Source: Polyangiales bacterium (GTDB lineage Bacteria > Myxococcota_A > Polyangia > Polyangiales > Houyiibacteriaceae). From it: a stretch of 54,125 nt of DNA. The notes beneath the pieces are model-generated. The model worked only from the letters and a program-made list of their open reading frames with translations. It was not told the DNA's origin and did no database searches. Positions 9,250-17,959 of the stretch are shown in pieces. The DNA lies in the NCBI GenBank assembly GCA_045106895.1, contig JBGCFM010000205.1, positions 1 to 54,125 on the forward strand, in the 5' to 3' direction. Position numbers and translations under genes: made by a program. Every line of letters begins with the position of its first letter. Position 1 is the first letter of the stretch.

Positions 9250-10415
9250 GACGAATAGAAACGCGGAACGCGACGGGAGATGCTCGTCATGATCTCGTAG
9301 GCGATGGTCCCGGCGGCCTCTGCAAGTTCGCGTGCGTGCAACATTTCATCGCCCTGGCCACCGAGGAGAACCACCTCGTCGCCTACCTTGGCGCCGGGAA
9401 CGTCTGTGACGTCCACGTGCGAGAGGTCCATGGAGATCCTCCCGACATATGGACAGCGTTGGCCGCCGACCAACACCTCACCGCCGCCGACCATGCTGCG
9501 AAAGACGCCGTCCGCGTAGCCGATGGGAAGAACGGCGAGGCGCGTCGGTCGCTTCGCTACAAACGCGCAGTCGTATCCTGCGCGCTCACCCGTCGCCAAA
9601 TGGCGCACGGAGATCACTCTCGTACGAAGCCGAAGCGCTGGCTTGAGCTGGATCTCGCTCGGCGAAAACCCGGCTTCTCCGTAGAGCGCGATGCCCGCAC
9701 GGACCATATCGTAGCGCGCCCTCTCGAAGCGGAGCGCTCCGGGGCTGTTGGCGGCATGGATCGACGGCGTGTACCCAGCCGCACGTACCATCGCGATGGC
9801 TTCATCAAAGCGTTCGAGTTGACCGTCGGTGAACTCATCGTCCGTGTCGGCGGCGGCGAGGTGGGTCATGAGCCCGGAAAGGACGAGCCCGGGCATCGCG
9901 GCCATCGCCTCCAGGAACGCCGGCAACTCCGTCATTGGCACGCCGAGGCGCGCCATGCCTGTGTCCACCTTGAGGTGGACCCGGAAGTCTCCATTGGACG
10001 CCGCCTGAAACGCCTCGAGTTCGCCCAGGTCATAAACGACGGGTACCAAGTCTCGCTCTAGGACTTCCCGGTGCGCCCCTCCGACGACCCCGTTCAGAAT
10101 GAGAATCGGGCTGCGTACGCCCGCGTCGCGTAGCTCGATGGCCTCTTCGGCGAGCGCCACGGCAAAGCCCTTGGCACCCGCGCGCTCAAGGCGCTCCACC
10201 ACGGGCACAGCCCCATGTCCATAAGCGTCTGCCTTGACCACCGCCAGAACCTCGGCGCCAGCGATGGAGCGCACCTGGCCAAAGTTGTGAGCGATGGCCT
10301 CGAGATCGACCTCCGCAAGTGTCGGCCGAAGAAGGTACTCAGCGCTCTGTAGGCGCGGCCGCAAAACAAGCTTTTGGTCGGGCGAGGCCACAAAAGTAGG
10401 TACTTCATCAGGCAA
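9246..10415 (-). CDS. alr: Alanine racemase
   Basis: PLP-lysine motif AVVKADAYGHG, HLKVDTGMARLG, VRAGIALYG, IGYADG, GRISMD, GTIAYE. Start uncertain. Confidence 0.96.
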   Translation of the reverse strand: MPDEVPTFVASPDQKLVLRPRLQSAEYLLRPTLAEVDLEAIAHNFGQVRSIAGAEVLAVVKADAYGHGAVPVVERLERAGAKGFAVALAEEAIELRDAGVRSPILILNGVVGGAHREVLERDLVPVVYDLGELEAFQAASNGDFRVHLKVDTGMARLGVPMTELPAFLEAMAAMPGLVLSGLMTHLAAADTDDEFTDGQLERFDEAIAMVRAAGYTPSIHAANSPGALRFERARYDMVRAGIALYGEAGFSPSEIQLKPALRLRTRVISVRHLATGERAGYDCAFVAKRPTRLAVLPIGYADGVFRSMVGGGEVLVGGQRCPYVGRISMDLSHVDVTDVPGAKVGDEVVLLGGQGDEMLHARELAEAAGTIAYEIMTSISRRVPRFYSS

Positions 10416-10508
10416 GGCGCGGGGTCAAGACGGAGATGCCAAGAACAAGCCTCCAGCTCTTTGGCGGGTGCTGCTTGCGTCCGTGTTTGCTACATAGGAC
10501 GGTCTGCG

Positions 10509-11456
10509 ATGGCCAAGAAGCGAAAGAGCACGCCCACGAAGAAGCCCGACAAAGCGAGGGCGGCCAAAAAGAGCGCGCCCAAACGTAGCCCGAAGACGAC
10601 TTCGAGCGGCGGCGGAAAGTGGCTCGTGGCTGCAGGCGTCGCAGGTTTGGCCGCGATCGCGGCGATGGTCTACGCCCAGGGGGACGTGGACTCAGAAGCA
10701 AGGGAGGTCAGCAACGTGGAGGTCGTCGAACCCGCCGCTGAGCCCGAACTCATCGTCACAGTCCCCGAATCGCTCCAGGTGCGCGTTCAAAGTCGTTACC
10801 CACACGACCGCCAAGCGTTTACCCAGGGCTTGCTTTGGCACGAAGGGAAGATCTACGAGAGCACAGGGCGCTATGGCCATTCGACGCTGCGCCGAGTGGA
10901 TCTTGCGACGGGCCGAGTAGAGCAAGAGGTCGCCCTCGACGATGGATACTTCGCCGAAGGCCTCGCCCGGGTCGGAGAGCGTCTCTTCCAGCTCACATGG
11001 CAGAGCCATAAGGCCTTCGTTTACGACCTCGACACCTTCGAGCGGGTCGCTGAATTCGACTACGAAACCGAGGGCTGGGGCCTTTGTTACAACGGCACCG
11101 ACCTGGTGATGAGCGATGGCTCCTCCACCCTCTTCTTCCGAGACCCCAGCGACTTTTCCGTGCGGCGGGAGGTCAACGTGATGAAGGCCGGGCGTCCTCT
11201 GCGAAACCTAAACGAGCTCGAGTGCGTCGATGGAGACGTTTACGCGAACGTCTGGCAGCGGGATGAAATCGTCCGAATCGATCCCTCTAGCGGCACCGTG
11301 GAGGCGAGCATCCGAGCAAGCGGCCTTCTGGATCGCGATGAGCGACGAGGCACGGATGTCTTGAATGGGATCGCCTATTTGCCGGATAGCCGACGCTTTC
11401 TCATCACAGGCAAGATGTGGCCCGTCGCCTTTGAGGTCGACTTCGAGGAGCGCTGA
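10509..11456 (+). CDS. Glutaminyl-peptide cyclotransferase (beta-propeller type), membrane anchored
   Basis: YPHDRQAFTQGL, YESTG, FAEGL, LTWQ, EGWGL, MSDGS, NLNELE, DVLNGIA, TGKMWP. Basic N-terminus followed by a TM helix. Confidence 0.93.
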   Translation: MAKKRKSTPTKKPDKARAAKKSAPKRSPKTTSSGGGKWLVAAGVAGLAAIAAMVYAQGDVDSEAREVSNVEVVEPAAEPELIVTVPESLQVRVQSRYPHDRQAFTQGLLWHEGKIYESTGRYGHSTLRRVDLATGRVEQEVALDDGYFAEGLARVGERLFQLTWQSHKAFVYDLDTFERVAEFDYETEGWGLCYNGTDLVMSDGSSTLFFRDPSDFSVRREVNVMKAGRPLRNLNELECVDGDVYANVWQRDEIVRIDPSSGTVEASIRASGLLDRDERRGTDVLNGIAYLPDSRRFLITGKMWPVAFEVDFEER

Positions 11457-11472
11457 GGACCGCCGAAGGTCG

Positions 11473-11859
11473 CTACTCGCGCTTCTCAAGAACCTCGGCG
11501 ATTTTCTCGGTGAGGTTATCCAGGTCAAAGGGCTTGTCGACGAAAGCGTCCGCTCCGTAGAGGGGCGAGGTCATCTCATTCAGCCGCTCGCCAATTCCCG
11601 TGAGCATGAGCACCGAGGTGTCTTTGAGCGCTACGTCTTCGCGAATGGCCCGGCAGACTTCCCAGCCGCTCATGCCCGGCATCATCACGTCGAGGATGAT
11701 GAGGCTTGGTTTTTCGCGTCGGGCGAGGCGAAGAGCCTCTTCGCCGTCCGAGGCTTCCACCACTTCGGCGCCGAGCGTCTTGACGTGGCGGGCCACCATC
11801 GCGAGGATTTCAAGGTCGTCGTCCGCACAGAGGACGGTTTTTCCGGTCAAGTTGCCCAT
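11473..11859 (-). CDS. Single-domain response regulator (receiver)
   Basis: LCADDD, IILDVMMP (phospho-Asp), MLTG, VDKPF. Confidence 0.93.
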   Translation of the reverse strand: MGNLTGKTVLCADDDLEILAMVARHVKTLGAEVVEASDGEEALRLARREKPSLIILDVMMPGMSGWEVCRAIREDVALKDTSVLMLTGIGERLNEMTSPLYGADAFVDKPFDLDNLTEKIAEVLEKRE

Positions 11860-11943
11860 AGCTTCTGAGCGGCATCCTCTGCCCTTAGGGACCTTCTTGT
11901 CAACGAGGATCGTCTTTTGCTTGATGAGCAGCGATACGCGTCA

Positions 11944-11972
11944 TTGCTGTGCTTTTTGGCCTGTGCTAGCCA
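11944..11972 (+). promoter_or_regulatory. Putative sigma70-type promoter, leaderless configuration
   Basis: TTGCTG-N17-TAGCCA with an extended TG, 6 nt before GTG 11979. Confidence 0.45.
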
Positions 11973-11978
11973 CGAGCC

Positions 11979-12965
11979 GTGGAACGTACGCGCATTGCCC
12001 CGATTCTTGGCCGAACATGGCTTGTCGTGGGCCTCACCCTTGGGCTCGCTTGTGGCAGCGATGAGGAAGAGGTCGTCGATTCACCCGAGCAAAGCGAGCC
12101 ACGGCATGGGCTGACGCCTGAACAGGCTGCCGAAACCCTCGCCACGGTCGGCGATGAGACCATCACCCTCGGTGAGTTCGCGGAACGCCTCGCCGATCAG
12201 AGCCCGTATCTTCGAACACGCTTCAACACCCCAGAGCGTCGTCGTGAGTTCCTCGACAACCTGATCCGCTTCGAGATCCTTGCCCAGGAGGCCGAGCGCC
12301 GAAACCTGGATGAGTTGCCCTCAGTCGTGCGCACACGAAACCGCGCGATGATTCAGCAGATGATGCGGGAGCTCTTTGAGGAGATTCAGCCCGAGGACAT
12401 CACCGACGCGGACATTGAGACGTACTACAACGCGAACTCCGCCGAGTTCCGTTCGCCCGCACAGATGAGGGTCAGCGTGATCGCGTATGACGACCAAGCG
12501 GCTGCGACAAGTGCGCTCGAAGGCTTCAAGGCACACCCCGAGGACACGGACGCGTTTCGAGCCGCCGCCGCCGCGCAGGCGAACCCCGCCCTCGCCTCCC
12601 GCCGCGGAGATGTTGGCTTCGTTCCTCTAGACGGCTCACGGCCCGAAGGAGAAACGAGCGTTCCCGCGAGCGTCGCCGCGGCCGCCTTTGAGCTTCCACG
12701 ACTCGGCGCCGTCGCCGGCGACGTCATCGCGGCGGACGGAAAGTATTGGCTGGTGAAGCTAACGGGCCGTCGCGCGGCGATGAACCGAAGCGTGGAAGAG
12801 GCATCACGCACGATCCGGCAGCGTTTGTGGAGCGAACGTCGCGACGCCGCCGTAGAGTCCTTTGTGGACGGCCTGCGCGAAGACGCGAACATTGAAATCG
12901 ATCGCTCTGCTCTCGAGCATGTGCGCATTGGCGGCGGATCGCCGGCCCCGGAGGCAACCCCATGA
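11979..12965 (+). CDS. PpiC/parvulin-type peptidyl-prolyl isomerase lipoprotein
   Basis: Lipobox LGLA-C, SurA-N-like helices (RREFLDNLIRFEILAQEA), parvulin-like RGDVGF...AAF...YWLVKL. Confidence 0.85.
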   Translation: MERTRIAPILGRTWLVVGLTLGLACGSDEEEVVDSPEQSEPRHGLTPEQAAETLATVGDETITLGEFAERLADQSPYLRTRFNTPERRREFLDNLIRFEILAQEAERRNLDELPSVVRTRNRAMIQQMMRELFEEIQPEDITDADIETYYNANSAEFRSPAQMRVSVIAYDDQAAATSALEGFKAHPEDTDAFRAAAAAQANPALASRRGDVGFVPLDGSRPEGETSVPASVAAAAFELPRLGAVAGDVIAADGKYWLVKLTGRRAAMNRSVEEASRTIRQRLWSERRDAAVESFVDGLREDANIEIDRSALEHVRIGGGSPAPEATP

Positions 12966-13915
12966 AGAACGCTCTGTGTACCCTCGTTGTCGGGGTGTTC
13001 CTCGCGAATTCTCTGCCAAAGACCGCGGAGGCTGACGTCATCGAACGCATCGTGGGCGTGGTGAACGACGAAGCGCTTTTCCTGAGCGAACTTCGACGCC
13101 GTTCCCTCCCCTTCCTGGACCGCCTCATGAGCGCGCCCAGCGAGGCCGAGCGTACAGCCGGCTTGCAGCAGCTTCAGACGGAGCTGCTCGACCGCATGGT
13201 CGATGAGATCCTCATCGAGCAGGCCGCGGGACGCATGCAGGTTCGGGTCACCTCCGCCGACGTCGACCGCGCCATTCAAAACGTGGCACGGGAAAACAAC
13301 CTCACCGAAGAGCAGTTCTGGCAGGCGGTTCAGGGACAGGGGTTCACCGAGTCCCAGTATCGCGCCGATGTCCGTCGCCAGATTCTTCGGCTGAAGGTGA
13401 TCAATCAGCGAGTCCGTGGACGTGTCAACGTCACAGAGGCGGAGGTTCGTGCTCTCTACGACCAGCGTTTCCGGCAGGCGAACCGCCAGGTGCGGCTCCG
13501 CGCGTCTCACGTTCATCTCGCGCTCCCACCTGAGCCCAACGCCGCCGACATCGCCGCAGCGCGGGCGGAGGCCGCTCGCATTCGGGCGGAACTCACAGAG
13601 GACAACTTCCTCGCGGCGACCCAAGAGTACGGTGGCGGAGAGCTCGGCTGGCTGAGTGAAGGCGAACTGCCGTCCAACCTCGAAGAAGCACTCTTGGGAC
13701 TCTCGCCAGGGGAGCTCTCGGCGCCTGTGCGCGGCGCCACTGGCTTTCATATCTTCTTTCTCCACGAACGCGAACGCGGTGGGACAAACCTCCCAGCTTT
13801 CGAAGAGGTCCGAGAGCAGCTGCAACGCCAGATGATGGAGCGGCAGATGGTTCGCCAGGAACAGGAGTTTCTCCGGGAGCTCCGGCGTGATGCCATCATC
13901 GACAAGCGCCTCTAG
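12962..13915 (+). CDS. surA: SurA-like chaperone / PPIase
   Basis: Signal peptide, ERIVGVVNDE, LLDRMVDEILIEQAA, GGELGW, SAPVRGATGFHIF, LRRDAIIDKR. Confidence 0.85.
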   Translation: MKNALCTLVVGVFLANSLPKTAEADVIERIVGVVNDEALFLSELRRRSLPFLDRLMSAPSEAERTAGLQQLQTELLDRMVDEILIEQAAGRMQVRVTSADVDRAIQNVARENNLTEEQFWQAVQGQGFTESQYRADVRRQILRLKVINQRVRGRVNVTEAEVRALYDQRFRQANRQVRLRASHVHLALPPEPNAADIAAARAEAARIRAELTEDNFLAATQEYGGGELGWLSEGELPSNLEEALLGLSPGELSAPVRGATGFHIFFLHERERGGTNLPAFEEVREQLQRQMMERQMVRQEQEFLRELRRDAIIDKRL

Positions 13916-14443
13916 GTGAGCCGTACCCGCGCATGGACACGCTTTGGTGTGCCCCTCGTCGCCCTCGGTGTACTTTTCGGTATCACGCAGCTGACGACCC
14001 CCCCAGAGGAGCGTGTCGCCCACGTCACAGCTGAATCCCCGACGCCTCCTCCGCCGGGCGAGTTTCCGGACGACGATCTGCTGGCACGGAGCGTCCGCTA
14101 TTCGGACTCCTTCGTCGTGGAACAAGCGACGCGGGTTCGAGTTCGGCTATCCGGACGTGGAAGTGTTCACGTCGCCCTCATTTCGGAGGACGATTCCCTC
14201 GTTCGTGAAGCTGTAGGCGAGGCCCCTGGTGAGATCCGCTTCGCTGCCCTGGAGCCAGGCGAGTGGGTTATGCGTCTCCGCGCCCTCCCCGGCGGCCAGA
14301 ACCTGGAAGCCGAGGCCCGCGTCGGTGGGCAGAGCTGGACGCTTCTGGGGTTCGCGGCTGGGCTGCTCTTCTTGCCCTTCGCCTGGCCGTATCGTCGCGC
14401 CCCCGTGGAGACCTGGCGCCGCTTCATGTCCGCGGAACGCTGA
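13916..14443 (+). CDS. Hypothetical membrane protein (TM, beta-rich domain, TM), possibly related to the C-terminal part of DUF4178 proteins
   Basis: Abuts the surA stop, has two hydrophobic segments and lies directly upstream of DUF350-speE. Confidence 0.65.
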   Translation: MSRTRAWTRFGVPLVALGVLFGITQLTTPPEERVAHVTAESPTPPPPGEFPDDDLLARSVRYSDSFVVEQATRVRVRLSGRGSVHVALISEDDSLVREAVGEAPGEIRFAALEPGEWVMRLRALPGGQNLEAEARVGGQSWTLLGFAAGLLFLPFAWPYRRAPVETWRRFMSAER

Positions 14444-14524
14444 GCTTGATGTGCCCTAGATAAATTGGGCTTTTCGCGCTCTTCGCCCGTGGCGAGAGGC
14501 GCAGCTTCATTGTACGGTCCCGCC

Positions 14525-14743
14525 ATGGACATCTCCCAACTTCTGAACGCCGCGCTGGCGGCGGTCATCTTCAGCCTGATCGGCTTGATGTTTTTTGGCA
14601 TCGCGTTCTGGCTCATCACGAAGCTGGCCCCGTTCTCAGTCCGCAAGGAGATCGAGGAAGACCAAAACACGTCCCTGGGAATTGTGATCGGTTCGATCAT
14701 CATCGGGATTGCGCTGATCGTGTCCGCTTCGATACATGGCTGA
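14525..14743 (+). CDS. DUF350 small membrane protein
   Basis: Two TM helices around KLAPFSVRKEIEEDQNTSLGIV. Confidence 0.9.
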   Translation: MDISQLLNAALAAVIFSLIGLMFFGIAFWLITKLAPFSVRKEIEEDQNTSLGIVIGSIIIGIALIVSASIHG

Positions 14744-16349
14744 AGAAGCCGCGTCTGCGGAAGCCGCCCCATCGGACGCAAAAGCGACGAGCACTGGGGC
14801 CAACGAAGCCGGCGGCAGACCCAAGCTGCCTACGCCACTGCTGTACCTCACGGTCCTCATCATCGCGACGTCGGGCCTCGTCTATGAGCTCCTCGCCGCC
14901 ACCCTCGCCAGCTACGTCCTCGGCGACTCGGTGCTCCAGTTCTCCACCACCATCGGCGCCTATCTTTTCGCGATGGGCATCGGCAGTTTCCTGTCGCGTT
15001 ACGTCGGCGACGACGTCGCTCGTCGATTCTTGGAGGTCGAACTCGGTGCGGCCATCGCCGGCGGCTTGTCGGCGCCCTTGCTCTTTCTTGGGTTTGCGTA
15101 CGCGGACTTTTTCAGCGTTCTGCTTTACGGCACCATCGGCCTGGTAGGGATTCTCGTCGGGCTCGAGGTGCCTCTGCTGATGCGCATTTTGAAGGAGCAC
15201 CTCGCCTTCGAAGAGCTCGTCGCCCGCGTGTTGACCTTCGATTACATCGGCGCGTTGGTGGGCTCCATTCTCTTCGCCATTGTCTTGGTGCCTAGCCTTG
15301 GGCTCAACCGCACCGCCCTGCTCTTTGGTATGTTGAACGCCCTGGTCGCTTTCGGGGGCACGTTCATATTGGCGCCGCTGCTGCAGCGCGGAGAACGTTT
15401 TCGCCTCCGGATTGGCGCCATCGCCGTCCTCGCGCTCCTGTCCGCCGGCTTTGTGCGGGCAGACGAACTCACAAGCTACACCGAGCAGGCGATGTACACG
15501 GAGCCCGTCGTGTACTCCGAACAGACCCCATATCAGCGAATTATCGTGACCGGCGATCAGAGCGGCGTGCAGCTCTTCCTCAACGGCAACCTCCAGTTCG
15601 CTTCGTCCGACGAGTACCGCTACCACGAGGCTCTCGTTCATCCCGTTTTTGCAACGGTCGAAGGTCGGGAACGCTCCGCCGCCCGTGTTCTTGTCCTCGG
15701 CGGCGGCGACGGGCTGGCGCTCCGAGAAATCTGGAAACACCCAGGCGTCGAATCCGTCACCATGGTGGACCTCGATCCGGCGGTCACGGCGATGGCGCGG
15801 CAGCTTCCGCCCGTCGTGGCCCTCAACCAACACAGCTTCGACGATGAACGTCTGACGCTCGTGCACGAGGACGCGATGGTGTGGCTCGATGAGGCCCAGC
15901 GCGGTCCCTTCGACATCATCATCATCGACTTCCCGGACCCCAACAACTTCTCCCTGGGCAAGCTCTACACGCGCCGTTTCTACCGCCTCGCGTCTCGTTC
16001 TCTTGCGCCAGGTGGGGCCTTGGTGGTGCAGAGCACGTCACCTCTCTACGCGCGCCGCAGCTTCTGGTGCGTCGATCGGACGATGCGTGAAGCCGGCCTC
16101 TTCACCCACCCCTATCACGCCACGGTGCCGAGCTTCGGCGAGTGGGGGTTCATCCTCGCGGCGCGTGCCGAGTTCGATCCGCCGGAGCGCGTGACCGCGG
16201 CGTCTTTGCGCTTCCTGGACGACGAGACGCTGCAGACGCTCTTCGAGTTCCCGCCGGACATGACCCGTGTGCCCGTCGAACCCAACCGCTTGAACGACCA
16301 GACCCTGGTTCGTTACTACGAATCTGAGTGGAACCGCTACGGACCATGA
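14736..16349 (+). CDS. speE: Membrane-bound polyamine aminopropyltransferase (spermidine synthase-like)
   Basis: N-terminal multi-TM domain (SGLVYELL, GDSVLQFS), LFLNGNLQF, DEYRYHEALVHP, VLVLGGGDG, IIIDFPDP, VPSFGEWGF. Confidence 0.92.
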   Translation: MAEEAASAEAAPSDAKATSTGANEAGGRPKLPTPLLYLTVLIIATSGLVYELLAATLASYVLGDSVLQFSTTIGAYLFAMGIGSFLSRYVGDDVARRFLEVELGAAIAGGLSAPLLFLGFAYADFFSVLLYGTIGLVGILVGLEVPLLMRILKEHLAFEELVARVLTFDYIGALVGSILFAIVLVPSLGLNRTALLFGMLNALVAFGGTFILAPLLQRGERFRLRIGAIAVLALLSAGFVRADELTSYTEQAMYTEPVVYSEQTPYQRIIVTGDQSGVQLFLNGNLQFASSDEYRYHEALVHPVFATVEGRERSAARVLVLGGGDGLALREIWKHPGVESVTMVDLDPAVTAMARQLPPVVALNQHSFDDERLTLVHEDAMVWLDEAQRGPFDIIIIDFPDPNNFSLGKLYTRRFYRLASRSLAPGGALVVQSTSPLYARRSFWCVDRTMREAGLFTHPYHATVPSFGEWGFILAARAEFDPPERVTAASLRFLDDETLQTLFEFPPDMTRVPVEPNRLNDQTLVRYYESEWNRYGP

Positions 16350-17959
16350 GCACTCGTCGCCGTGACGTGCTTTTTGGACTCCTGGGCGCTCCCCTCGCGG
16401 GCCAGCTTCTCGGCTGTGGGCCCGGCGACGAACTCCCGGAAGAGGTCGCCGTCGAAGGACGGCTGCGGGGACCGAATCATGAGCTTGGACACCGCCTGCG
16501 CGAGGATATTGACCCCGCTGACTGGGATGACGTCCCCGAAGAGCGGGTCGATGTCGCTATCGTCGGCGGTGGTGCCGCGGGCCTTGCCGCCGGCTGGCGC
16601 CTCCGTCGCCAAGGGCGCCCCAACGTGCGCGTCTATGAGATGGAAGATGCCCCGGGTGGAACGGCGCGTGGCGGCCAGAGTCGCGTCTCAAGATACCCTT
16701 GGGGCGCGCACTACCTTCCAGTTCCTCGCCGCGATGACCGAATCCTGCGCTCGCTCCTGACGGAGATGGGTGCCCTCGGCGAAGGCGGAGAGCCGGCAGA
16801 GGAGGTGCTCGTCCGCGAGCCCGACGAACGCGTGTTCTACCGTGGGTTCTGGTACCGAGGCCTCTACCCCTTTGCAGGCGCCAGCCCCGAAGACCTCGCC
16901 GAACTCGCGCGCTTCGAGTCGCTCATGGCCAGCTATGCGGAGCGCCGAGACGAAGACGGGAAGGCAGCCTTCCGGCTCCCTATGCGCGAGTGCTCGCGGG
17001 ACCCCGAGCTCCTTCGGCTGGATACCTACGACGCGGCAACGTTCCTTGAACAGAACAACTTTCGCTCGCCTCGCCTGCTCTGGCTCTGTGACTACGCGTG
17101 TCGAGACGACTACGGACTCCGCCTCGCCGACGCGAGCGCTTGGGCCTTGGTCTTCTATTGGGCCGCCCGCATCGAACCCGGGGAAGAAGAGTCCTCGGAC
17201 ATTCTGACTTGGCCCGACGGGAATTCCGCCCTAACCCGCCATATGGCGCGCTCTCTGCGGGGACGCATCGACTCCAACGTCCTCGCGGCGCGTGTCGAAG
17301 TGCTTCGAGACTCTGAAGGCGAGGGAGCCCGCCTTCTCTTCCTCACGCCAAGCGGCGCGCGGCGACGTGTGCGCGCTGAGCGCGTCATTATGGCAACGCC
17401 TCAGTTCATCACCCAGCACCTCGTAGTCGGCGCCGAGACGCCGCGTCTTGAAGGAACAGCCTTTGGCCCCTGGATGGTGGCGAATCTTCACCTGAGCGAG
17501 CGCCCCGGCGGCCGCGGCGTGGGTCTGTCTTGGGACAACGTCATCTATGACAGTCCATCTCTCGGATACGTGAGCGCAACTCATCAGCGTGGACGTGAGG
17601 TGGGTCCCACCGTCTGGACTTACTACTATCCGCTCTGTGAGGGGACCCCGAGCGAGGCGAGGCAGCGCCTCTTCGATGCAAACCTTGAGGAGTGGCAGGA
17701 CGCCATCATTCTCGATCTGGAGCGAGCGCACCCAAGCCTGCGACAGCACCTTCGGAAGGTGGATGTCTGGCGGTGGGGACACGGCATGGTGCAGCCACGT
17801 GTCGGATTCCTGGGTGCCGGGGCGCGCTTCGACGCAGGAACGCCAAGCGGGCCGATTCACTTCGCCCACTCCGACCTAAGCGGCCTCGCCCTCTTCGAGG
17901 AAGCGTTTCATCATGGCGTTCGCGCCGCAGATGAGGTCATCGCGCGTGGCCGCGGCTAA
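16346..17959 (+). CDS. FAD-dependent amine-oxidase-like oxidoreductase with a Tat (lipo)protein signal
   Basis: STRRRDVL...LLG-C N-terminus, IVGGGAAGLAA, YPWGAHYLP, DYACRDDYG, RWGHGM, FAHSDLSGLALFEEA. ATGA overlap with speE. Confidence 0.88.
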   Translation: MSTRRRDVLFGLLGAPLAGQLLGCGPGDELPEEVAVEGRLRGPNHELGHRLREDIDPADWDDVPEERVDVAIVGGGAAGLAAGWRLRRQGRPNVRVYEMEDAPGGTARGGQSRVSRYPWGAHYLPVPRRDDRILRSLLTEMGALGEGGEPAEEVLVREPDERVFYRGFWYRGLYPFAGASPEDLAELARFESLMASYAERRDEDGKAAFRLPMRECSRDPELLRLDTYDAATFLEQNNFRSPRLLWLCDYACRDDYGLRLADASAWALVFYWAARIEPGEEESSDILTWPDGNSALTRHMARSLRGRIDSNVLAARVEVLRDSEGEGARLLFLTPSGARRRVRAERVIMATPQFITQHLVVGAETPRLEGTAFGPWMVANLHLSERPGGRGVGLSWDNVIYDSPSLGYVSATHQRGREVGPTVWTYYYPLCEGTPSEARQRLFDANLEEWQDAIILDLERAHPSLRQHLRKVDVWRWGHGMVQPRVGFLGAGARFDAGTPSGPIHFAHSDLSGLALFEEAFHHGVRAADEVIARGRG

